A DNA stretch of 64,000 nt from a virus. Under the pieces are notes generated by a model. That model was not told where the DNA came from and searched no databases. It saw nothing but the letters and a program-made list of their open reading frames with translations. The stretch is taken from IMG/VR virus record IMGVR_UViG_3300025141_015556, one strand, 5' to 3'. Below are positions 56,334 through 64,000 of this stretch, in pieces (the first letter of the stretch is position 1; each line of letters starts with the position of its first letter). A program made the translations under genes and the position numbers.

Positions 56334-58208
56334 TTAACCTACCATCATATCCTGGACAAAAACGATCCCGTACATGTCGGGTCGAACCATCTTCTTGGCA
56401 TATCGGGTCATGACTCCCTTGCGGGGCACGAAGTCTTCAACACCAAAGATCGTGGGGGTAGTCTGGAGTGGCACATAAGGTGCATAAACATAACCAGACT
56501 CCAGGAAGGAGCTTCCTCTACGTCCAACGAGGATCAAACCACGCAGGAAGTAAGGATCGACATAAATGTCGAACTTCTTAGAAAGGCTACCAACCTTAAC
56601 CGAACCAGCATCGCCTCTATCACTGTCAACAGTAACATTCGCGCGGAAACCAGCGGTAAACTCAAGGATGTTAGCAACTTCTGGTGAGCACACCACAAAG
56701 TTAGCAGCACCACGTAGAGTCTTACGGTGGATCTGAGCCGAGACATCATTGATTGTCTCAATGAGAGTCTCATACCATTCACTTACATTACCAGTGAAGT
56801 CGGGAGCAACTGTATCTGCACCAACCTCGACACCAGTCTCACGGTTTACGAACTTACCGGGAGCACGGGACCAATAACGCACGGTCGTAGCGCCTCGAAC
56901 CAGATCTTCAAGAATCTCACGGTCAATTTCGAGCGCAATTTGCTCAGAAAGGATCTGAGTGAGCTCGACTTCGGCATCCAAATTGTGATAGGCATTAAGA
57001 TCCTGTCCCAATTCCGGAGTCCACTTGGCCTTCAGCTTCTTAGTGATCGCCGTAACGGCCACTGAATCGACCTTGATGTCGATCTCGGGAATCTGAGTAT
57101 TATTCTCAAGACCCCATGGGCTTGCTCCAACAACAGAGCCGATAGCCCCGCCTGCATTAAAGGTATCATCAATCGGGTATTCCCAAGTAAAGGTCTCGGA
57201 AGTTCCCAAAGAACCAGCTGAAACACCACCGACAGATTCGCTAAGCTGTACAGCGGAAGCAGCACCATCGAAAGATGCAGCGACCATGATAACAGCCTCA
57301 GATGCCTGATCGTTAAGCGCTCCATTTTGAGAACCGGAGCCATATCGCGTTAATCTACGAACGAGATGTGCCGGCACGCTGTCGTCAGTACCATCGAAAA
57401 TGCCCCTGCCTCCATCAACGCCGGAAACCTGAATAGCAATTAGGTCTTGTTTATTCAGCGTATCACCAGATGCCGTAAGGCCGGTAAGTACCGCTTCGAA
57501 AACGAAAACGTTTGCTGTGCCCGAAAGGGCCAATAAATCCGGATCAAACTGAATAAGCTCGTCAAGAGTGTGCTTACCGCGACCAGAAAGGTCGTTGGTG
57601 GTCTTGGTAGTATCTCCAACCGTACCAGAAACAAGCGGGCGGAGTACATCCGGAGCGCTTCGCTGAGCAAATGTGCGAGCATTCGAACCGGTCGGTGAAG
57701 CATAACCATTATTAAGGTTATACGGACCCTTATCAGCGAACTGATTACCCAGGTCTACACCGCCAGTAAGCTCGGCGCCTACAACGTTGCCGCCATAAAG
57801 GGATCGATCTGCGGCATGATAGCCGAGTCGAGCGGAACCATCTCCGCTGTCCTTTCCTGCGCCTAGATCGCCAGAAACAACGAAATCTAGGAAGAAGATC
57901 AGGCCAGAGGGTAAACTCATGGGCTGAACACTTACTAGATCATTGGCAATTAAATTGCCGAATACGCGACGAACGAGGGGGAATGCGACGGCTGCAAAGC
58001 CTTCAACATCGCCACTGGACATCGAGGATCCTTCTCGGAGTAGCTCTTTGGCTTGGTTTTCAAGCAAAGAAGCCATCCCGTTTCGAAGGTGGTCGCCGCC
58101 TAGACCCTCAAGAAGACCAGTCTTTTCCCACTTGGAGACAAGAGCGCTGGATTCCTGTGAGAGATCTCGTCGAACGATTCCTTCTGTCAGTTTTTCTACA
58201 ATAGACAT
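56334..58208 (-). CDS. Major capsid protein (T4 gp23-like)
   Basis: LLENQ, PLVRR, VQPM..PSGLIF, KLKAKWTPELGQDL..H.LDAE.EL, EIDREI, YAPYVPL, GVMTRY. Confidence 0.96.
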   Translation of the reverse strand: MSIVEKLTEGIVRRDLSQESSALVSKWEKTGLLEGLGGDHLRNGMASLLENQAKELLREGSSMSSGDVEGFAAVAFPLVRRVFGNLIANDLVSVQPMSLPSGLIFFLDFVVSGDLGAGKDSGDGSARLGYHAADRSLYGGNVVGAELTGGVDLGNQFADKGPYNLNNGYASPTGSNARTFAQRSAPDVLRPLVSGTVGDTTKTTNDLSGRGKHTLDELIQFDPDLLALSGTANVFVFEAVLTGLTASGDTLNKQDLIAIQVSGVDGGRGIFDGTDDSVPAHLVRRLTRYGSGSQNGALNDQASEAVIMVAASFDGAASAVQLSESVGGVSAGSLGTSETFTWEYPIDDTFNAGGAIGSVVGASPWGLENNTQIPEIDIKVDSVAVTAITKKLKAKWTPELGQDLNAYHNLDAEVELTQILSEQIALEIDREILEDLVRGATTVRYWSRAPGKFVNRETGVEVGADTVAPDFTGNVSEWYETLIETINDVSAQIHRKTLRGAANFVVCSPEVANILEFTAGFRANVTVDSDRGDAGSVKVGSLSKKFDIYVDPYFLRGLILVGRRGSSFLESGYVYAPYVPLQTTPTIFGVEDFVPRKGVMTRYAKKMVRPDMYGIVFVQDMMVG

Positions 58209-58237
58209 TATTTTAATTTCCTCCTTAAATGTTTATC

Positions 58238-59275
58238 TTAGTTTTTTATACCCGCCAAACGCAACATACGTGCCATGTGCGGGTCGCTTGTTGGAGAAGG
58301 CAAATCTTGTCTTCTCCTGGCAGAATGTAGCATAGAAGTCACAGGACGACTTACAGCTTCGCTAAGTGAGTTTGTTTGTCGTCCTTTGTGAACGCTCACC
58401 GCTCCCTGAAGCGTGTCATATAACGACGTTGCCTCTTCTACCGTTTTAGCATTGAAAACTGCTTCGACAATTTTTTCTTTTTGTCGCTCATTCAAGGAGT
58501 AATCGTTCAATGCTTTATTCTGGTAAACCAATTTCGCGTTTTCCAGAATCAAATAATTTAGATGTTCTTTTGCCTCATTAAGCAGGGATTTCAGTTCCTC
58601 TGCCTCAACGCTAAGGCTTTTAATTTTATTTTCGTATACTTTTTGATATTTTTCTCTCTTTTCGGAAGCTTCTTCTGATTCTTGTGCTTTTGCTCTTATC
58701 TCTGCCTCTACCTCTTCGGTATGCTCTTGCGTATCGGCGGAAGCAAGGGGGGCAAATCCAGTGGCAATATCAGCTTTTGGATCAATGTCAACCGTAAGCT
58801 CTTCAACAACCGATTTAAGGAGATCCTCAGAAATCGTTAATTCTTCTTCGGGAGGAGCTGCTTCTTCTGGTGCCGCTGGCATACCACCAAAAATTTCTTC
58901 GGCGGCCTCCTCAGAACCGATTAATTCTGATGCTTCAAGTTCGTCGGCTTCCTCTTCAGCATGAAGGCGCGCGCGGATATCATCAAAATCGATTTCAATT
59001 ACTTCATCTTCTTTTGGTCCGTCAATTTCTGGATCTTCATGTGCTAGCGGGACTTCATCTATAAACGAAGAGTCTTCAAGAGGAGTTGTTTCTTCGGGCA
59101 TGCCGAGAGGCTCTCCCATACCCACAGGGGGCTCCTCCTCTTGTTCTAAAAGGCTGTCTATAGCCTCCTTAACCTCTCCAGAATATTTCTCTAAAACGAG
59201 ATTTTCGGCATTTTTCATAGCTGCGTCTTTTAAAGACTTAGCGTCTACAATAGCCTGTTCTAACAATGAAGACAT
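58238..59275 (-). CDS. Prohead scaffold/core protein (gp22-like)
   Basis: Acidic coiled coil with many [LI]xE sites; directly upstream of the capsid gene; TACTAATTA at 59309-59317. Confidence 0.8.
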   Translation of the reverse strand: MSSLLEQAIVDAKSLKDAAMKNAENLVLEKYSGEVKEAIDSLLEQEEEPPVGMGEPLGMPEETTPLEDSSFIDEVPLAHEDPEIDGPKEDEVIEIDFDDIRARLHAEEEADELEASELIGSEEAAEEIFGGMPAAPEEAAPPEEELTISEDLLKSVVEELTVDIDPKADIATGFAPLASADTQEHTEEVEAEIRAKAQESEEASEKREKYQKVYENKIKSLSVEAEELKSLLNEAKEHLNYLILENAKLVYQNKALNDYSLNERQKEKIVEAVFNAKTVEEATSLYDTLQGAVSVHKGRQTNSLSEAVSRPVTSMLHSARRRQDLPSPTSDPHMARMLRLAGIKN

Positions 59276-59421
59276 TAAATCACTCCCATTCCTGATAATT
59301 TATCAACTTAATTAGTATTGAGAATACTAAAAAGACTGTAAAGACAATATTTTATACCTCACGAAGAGCTTCATAGATATCTTCAAACACCGAGGCTTGA
59401 TAAAAAGCAGTCATATTCCCA

Positions 59422-60348
59422 TCACGCACCTAAGCCGGCAGCCTCAAAGATGCCTTCAAATGTATCTTCGTCTACGTCATCACTAAATATCGCGTGGGCC
59501 GCCCATCTGATATCGGCGGGCGGTGTTCCGGTTGTATTATATCCAAAGCGCAAGCCGGTAAGGGGGGCGGGGCACGGGTCACAAGATGGTGCCATATCCC
59601 ACGTGGATTGGTTGGTACCCCAGTTACTACCTATCTGTTGAACGAATGCTTCGAATCTATCAGCGCTACCGTTGGCATCGGAGTCATATAGTCTCCACGC
59701 AAAAAACCACCAATTGTTAGTTCTATCGTCGCTTGAATTACCGTGGGATAGCGCAAAGTTAGTCCCCGTTGCCCCGAATGTTACCCCGTTAATTTTGTTG
59801 TATGTGGCAAGCCCCAGCACATTAGCCGTGCCTTGTGGTGTGGTGGCGGTACCGAAATAAGACACTATCTCGATGCGGCTGTGAACGGACGGCTGGTAAA
59901 AGATGACGAACCCAGCGCAAGGCTCGACCGGATCGCAGCAACCGACAGGCGCTGTCCAGGAGTCTTGGGCTGCGCCATAGTTCGTAGTATTACAATCCCC
60001 AGCGTCAGTAGAAACATACTTTGTTAAGGCTGTTGAGTGGCCGCCAGGCGCGCTGCTGTCTTCAATCTGCCAGTTTCCTGTACTGGCCAGCTCGGCGATG
60101 AGGTTTGGTTTATCGTTACCGCCAATCTCTGTCATTATTGTAGCACCATCGGCCAAGTCTCCAGTGTTAACTTCTTGGCAAGTCCATAGTCCGAACAGAT
60201 TCCCGGTGCTCTGACATGCGGCAACGAAGGCATCTCCTCCTCCTCCCCCCTCCTCGCCGGCGATTGTTTTAATTTTGTGAGTCTCTATGCCGGCGATTGT
60301 TTTGGCGTGTTCGATTTCAATCAAATTGATGGTATAGATTGACCCCAT
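59422..60348 (-). CDS. Putative virion accessory / adhesin protein
   Basis: N-terminal KTIAG repeat; Cys/Trp-rich beta domain; follows the fibre genes. Confidence 0.6.
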   Translation of the reverse strand: MGSIYTINLIEIEHAKTIAGIETHKIKTIAGEEGGGGGDAFVAACQSTGNLFGLWTCQEVNTGDLADGATIMTEIGGNDKPNLIAELASTGNWQIEDSSAPGGHSTALTKYVSTDAGDCNTTNYGAAQDSWTAPVGCCDPVEPCAGFVIFYQPSVHSRIEIVSYFGTATTPQGTANVLGLATYNKINGVTFGATGTNFALSHGNSSDDRTNNWWFFAWRLYDSDANGSADRFEAFVQQIGSNWGTNQSTWDMAPSCDPCPAPLTGLRFGYNTTGTPPADIRWAAHAIFSDDVDEDTFEGIFEAAGLGA

Positions 60349-60350
60349 TA

Positions 60351-61970
60351 TTATTCCTCGACACCTAGTTCAACATAAGTGGTGCTGGGATTAAAATAAA
60401 TTACATTTGCCACATCGGTTGCATAACCAACGACCCTCACATAAGCGTTCCCGCCCCCGTTTTCGTGTTTGCCTGTATCGGGGAGACCGCTGGTCATAAA
60501 GGATTTGTGCGCAAAACTAGAACTACAAACATATACGGGGCCCCCTTTTACAAATGACTCAGAGAACCACGTATGAGCATCAAAATAGCCACGAACTAAC
60601 ATTCCATTCGAATTAGGGTTGCTACCAATAGAAATTGCAAGAAGTTGAGTATGACCGCTTCCTGTAGCAGTCGCGGACGCCGAGGTCCATGTGCCAGCGG
60701 TATTCAGATAATATAAGCCACCCGCTTCCAGAGTGGTGGTGGCTGTGCCTAAATATAAGACCTCTCCGCCGCCCGTATCATTAGAAAGGTTTATTGGATT
60801 TCCGGCGCCGGTATGATGTACACTGAATGAAACTTTAGGCGCCGTAGTGTTAACACCGACTTTAGCAGAACCAGCAGTCGTCGCTCCGCCGACGGCGGTG
60901 GGGCCCACCAGGGTGGTTGTATCGCCACTAAATACAGCATTCCCAGCGATAGTCAAACCAGCCGCGCCAGAAAAGGCGCCTGCTGCTGTAATGCTGCCAT
61001 TTGCTGTCACCAAATTTTGACCGCTGACGGCGCCGGCACCAGAGACAGTGGTTCCAACAATTATAGAGCCCCCAATAATGCCGTTCCCAGAACCAGATAT
61101 GGCGCCGGCAGCGCTAATGCTACCATTGCGTAACGTCAAACCAGCAGAAGCAGATATGGTGCCATCAGATTTAATCGTCCCGCCGCCATTTCCATCGCCA
61201 TAGCCATTTGCAATATGCAAGTTTTGTCCAACTATATCACCAGATGCGCTTATGTCAAGTGAAGCGGTAATGGAACCAGAGGCCTTGATTGCAGAAGCGC
61301 GCGACGAGAACAAGGTTTCCCCACCAAAAGTGGATCCCAGACCGGCACCATAATCACCACTAGAGGAAAAATAGGCGCCGGCCACCCTATTAGCACCTGA
61401 AACGGCCGTGCCAGCAACCACGGTTGTGTTCACCGCCAAATTTTTCCCTTCGATAAGTTGGGAGGCAGAAACGTTATTACCTGCTATCACATTCGCCGCA
61501 CCGGAAATAACTCCCGTATTGGTGATGGAACCGTGTGCCAATGTTATACTTTGGCCCAATATTGGGCCGGATGCACTTATAGCCACAGAAGCAGTGATTG
61601 ACCCCGAGGCCTTGATTGCAGAAGCGGGCGCTGAAAACAAGGTTTCGCCGCCGAAAGTTGAGCCCAAACCAGCACCATAGTCGCCGCTAGAGGAGAAATA
61701 GGCGGCTGCCACCCTATTGGCACCTGAAATAGCTGTGCCGGCAACCACAGTTGTATTTACTGCCAAATTTTTCCCTTCGATAAGCTGGGAGGCAGAAACA
61801 TTATTGCCTGCTATCACATTCGCCGCGCCAGAAACAACTCCTGTATTGCTGATCTTGCCGTGCGCCAATGTTATGTCTTGGCCTAATATTGGGCCAGAGC
61901 CAGTAATACTTCCATCTGCCTCTATGCTACCTGATGCCTCAAAAGATCCAGTTTGAAATTTATAAGCCAT
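60351..61970 (-). CDS. Ser/Gly/Ala-rich repeat fibre protein
   Basis: Two 109-aa repeat units; VGVNTTAP; C-terminal GMLVRG...VRVVGY...IYFNP domain. Confidence 0.75.
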   Translation of the reverse strand: MAYKFQTGSFEASGSIEADGSITGSGPILGQDITLAHGKISNTGVVSGAANVIAGNNVSASQLIEGKNLAVNTTVVAGTAISGANRVAAAYFSSSGDYGAGLGSTFGGETLFSAPASAIKASGSITASVAISASGPILGQSITLAHGSITNTGVISGAANVIAGNNVSASQLIEGKNLAVNTTVVAGTAVSGANRVAGAYFSSSGDYGAGLGSTFGGETLFSSRASAIKASGSITASLDISASGDIVGQNLHIANGYGDGNGGGTIKSDGTISASAGLTLRNGSISAAGAISGSGNGIIGGSIIVGTTVSGAGAVSGQNLVTANGSITAAGAFSGAAGLTIAGNAVFSGDTTTLVGPTAVGGATTAGSAKVGVNTTAPKVSFSVHHTGAGNPINLSNDTGGGEVLYLGTATTTLEAGGLYYLNTAGTWTSASATATGSGHTQLLAISIGSNPNSNGMLVRGYFDAHTWFSESFVKGGPVYVCSSSFAHKSFMTSGLPDTGKHENGGGNAYVRVVGYATDVANVIYFNPSTTYVELGVEE

Positions 61971-63450
61971 TTAGTTTTCTATCCTTTTCATTAGAATACC
62001 ATCCAGCTCGTGCCACTAGTAATTAGTTGCACAGATGCTCCCGGTGTTGTTAAATATATCTCTCCGGCGCCATCAATATTATCGCCCGGATAGTACGGTG
62101 TAATAATTTTTACATTATGATTCATATGGTAAGGGGTGAATTTACCAACAGCGGCTCTCTTGATAAAGAAACAACTCCCCGACCTAATATCTTCTGCACC
62201 AGTTCCCAACCTTGGTAGTTCCAAGGTTATAACGCCGCCGCCAGAGCAATTAATGTACATATCGCCATGCTCAGGCTTCAAAAACCCAACTTGGGCGGCG
62301 TTTATTGTCCCAGTGGGCTTTACATTATATTGGAAAGTGGCGCCGAGGATCTGGCCGTACTCGTTGATAATTTCGTTATTGTTGATTGTCAGCGATTGTC
62401 CAACTAGGGAGCCGGCTCCTGAAACATTAACTAACGAAACTATATTACTTCCAGTGATTGACCCCGAAGCTTTGATTGCAGAGAATGGCGCTGAAAATAA
62501 TGTTTCACCGCCGAAAGTGGAGCCCAAGCCAGCGCCATAATCACCACTAGAGGAGAAATAGGCGCCTGCCACCCTATTGGCACCCGAAATAGCAGTGCCA
62601 GCAACCACAGTTGTATTCACTGCCAAGTTTCTACCGAGTACACCAATAGAAGCAGAAACATCATTACCTGCTATTACATTAGCAGCGCCAGAAACAATTC
62701 CTGTCGCACTAATAGAGCCATGGCCAACTACTAGATTTTGACCGCTGATTGTGCCGGCACCAGAGAGCGTGCTTCCAGCTACAATACTGGCAGCGCCAGA
62801 AACAATTCCCGTATTGGTGATGGAACCGTGTGCCAATGTTATACTTTGGCCCAATATTGGACCGGATGCACTTATGGCCACAGAAGCGGTAATAGAGCCA
62901 GAGGCTTTGATTGCAGAAGCGGGCGCTGAAAATAATGTTTCGCCGCCGAAAGTGGATCCCAGGCCAGCACCATAATCACCACTAGAGGAGAAATAGGCGG
63001 CTGCCGCCCTATTAGCACCTGAAATAGCCGTGCCGGCAACCACAGTTGTACTTACTGCTAGATTTTGACCGCTGATTGCGCCAGCACCAGAGAGCGTGCT
63101 TCCAGCTACAATACTGGCAGCGCCAGAAACAATTCCTGTCGCACTAATAGAGCCGTGGCCAACTACTAGATTTTGACCGCTGATTGCGCCAGCACCAGAG
63201 AGCGTGCTTCCAGCTACAATACTGGCAGCACCAGAAATAATTCCCGTATTGTTGATGGAGCCATGTGCCAATGTTATACTTTGGCCCAATATTGGACCGG
63301 ATGCACTTATGGCCACAGAAGCAGTAATGGAGCCAGAGGCCTTGATTGCAGAAGCGGGCGCTGAAAATAATGTTTCGCCGCCAATAGTAGAGCCCAGGCC
63401 GGCGCCATAGTCGCCACTAGAAGAGAAATAGCCGGCCCCAATTTTGGCAG
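61200..63450. repeat. Coding tandem repeats shared by two fibre genes
   Basis: YFSSSGDYGAGLGST unit anchored at 61360 and 61687 (327-bp period) and at 62547, 62982, 63417 (435-bp period). Confidence 0.9.
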
Positions 63451-63826
63451 CACCAGAAATAGACGGTGTCGTCCCCACCACGGGGCCAGCGCCTATTGAT
63501 ATTGTTCCAGTAAACTGATGGAGATCGTCCGCGGTATCCCCAAACTTTGAAGCGCCGCTTGAAGAAAATACAGTAACGTGTTTGTGAGATAAAGTGGTAA
63601 CATACATCCCATGGGCAAATATTGACCCAGAAACATCTAGAGTGCCTGTAAGTTTTAGTGTATGGTGGTCGGTAACGGTCGCAGATCCGGTAGGATCCCC
63701 AGAAGACGTCAAAAAGACAAGACGGTTGCTACCGGTAAAATAATTATCGTCTTCTAGATACTGTAAAGATCCAGTTGGACCACTCCCTGTGGAAAGGTGA
63801 GCGCCTACGTATGCCCAGCCACCCAT
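61991..63826 (-). CDS. Ser/Gly/Ala-rich repeat fibre protein
   Basis: FGDTADDLHQFTG; three repeat units; C-terminal ITLELP...IK...IDG...W domain. Confidence 0.75.
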   Translation of the reverse strand: MGGWAYVGAHLSTGSGPTGSLQYLEDDNYFTGSNRLVFLTSSGDPTGSATVTDHHTLKLTGTLDVSGSIFAHGMYVTTLSHKHVTVFSSSGASKFGDTADDLHQFTGTISIGAGPVVGTTPSISGAAKIGAGYFSSSGDYGAGLGSTIGGETLFSAPASAIKASGSITASVAISASGPILGQSITLAHGSINNTGIISGAASIVAGSTLSGAGAISGQNLVVGHGSISATGIVSGAASIVAGSTLSGAGAISGQNLAVSTTVVAGTAISGANRAAAAYFSSSGDYGAGLGSTFGGETLFSAPASAIKASGSITASVAISASGPILGQSITLAHGSITNTGIVSGAASIVAGSTLSGAGTISGQNLVVGHGSISATGIVSGAANVIAGNDVSASIGVLGRNLAVNTTVVAGTAISGANRVAGAYFSSSGDYGAGLGSTFGGETLFSAPFSAIKASGSITGSNIVSLVNVSGAGSLVGQSLTINNNEIINEYGQILGATFQYNVKPTGTINAAQVGFLKPEHGDMYINCSGGGVITLELPRLGTGAEDIRSGSCFFIKRAAVGKFTPYHMNHNVKIITPYYPGDNIDGAGEIYLTTPGASVQLITSGTSWMVF

Positions 63827-63832
63827 AGTTCG

Positions 63833-64000
63833 TTAAACCCCTACGCTGCCGGTCCAGTTCGTATAGCTAGCGCTTACAGGGTCTGGCGATATACTAGGAT
63901 TGTTGATCGCCCCTTGATTAATAAATGTTAGGCCAGCCACAACAATAGCATGGTTAGAACCGCTTATCCACACCTCTGTTAATTTTAGATCAAGTGGGCC
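63833..64000 (-). CDS. 3' end of a structural-region gene (partial)
   Basis: Open frame GPLDLKLTEVWISGS...VAGLT...NWTGSVGV-stop. Confidence 0.6.
   Translation of the reverse strand, partial: GPLDLKLTEVWISGSNHAIVVAGLTFINQGAINNPSISPDPVSASYTNWTGSVGV

Noticed and set aside
60351-63826. CRISPR array or DGR template/variable repeat
   Set aside because: The repeats are in-frame coding units without unique spacers, differences are not adenine-specific, and no cas or reverse transcriptase gene is in the window.
1-64000. Numerous plus-strand ORFs in the supplied track
   Set aside because: They are antisense shadows of well-supported minus-strand genes and have no recognisable motifs.
1-64000. Stop-codon reassignment (alternative genetic code)
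   Set aside because: Long core genes are intact in the standard code; TAA, TAG and TGA all terminate genes; no suppressor tRNA is present.

Overview
This is a 64-kb segment of a large (probably jumbo) tailed myophage with a T4-like virion. Essentially all credible genes are on the minus strand, and the standard genetic code is used. Reading right to left in the direction of transcription, it contains: Ser/Gly-rich repeat fibre genes; scaffold, major capsid, neck, tail terminator, sheath and tube genes; a gp26-like assembly gene with a likely frameshifted gp51-like extension; tape measure and baseplate genes; a replication and nucleotide block (compact family-A polymerase, tubulin/FtsZ-like protein, gp32-like SSB, RecA/UvsX, deaminase, 5'-3' exonuclease, helicase, class II RNR, IscU, GroES, DnaE, ClpP, dUTPase, adenine MTase, IMPDH/GMPR); a second ClpP, GroEL, two lipoproteins, an NTase/NUDIX pair and Hsp20; and a cluster of small early genes with three tRNAs (Lys-UUU, Leu-UAA, Ile-UAU). 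The most striking pattern is a probable virion cargo-loading system. Unrelated proteins (GNAT-like, P-loop kinase and unknowns) share an N-terminal tag, M-x-x-[LI]-x-E-[GS]-W-[KR]-x-[FY]-[LI]-x-E, ending in a T4-type prohead-protease site. They sit in cassettes that start with the same CTAnTTA motif found before the structural genes and end with a sigma70 promoter that restarts the early operon. All function calls come from motif recognition by eye; no searches were run.
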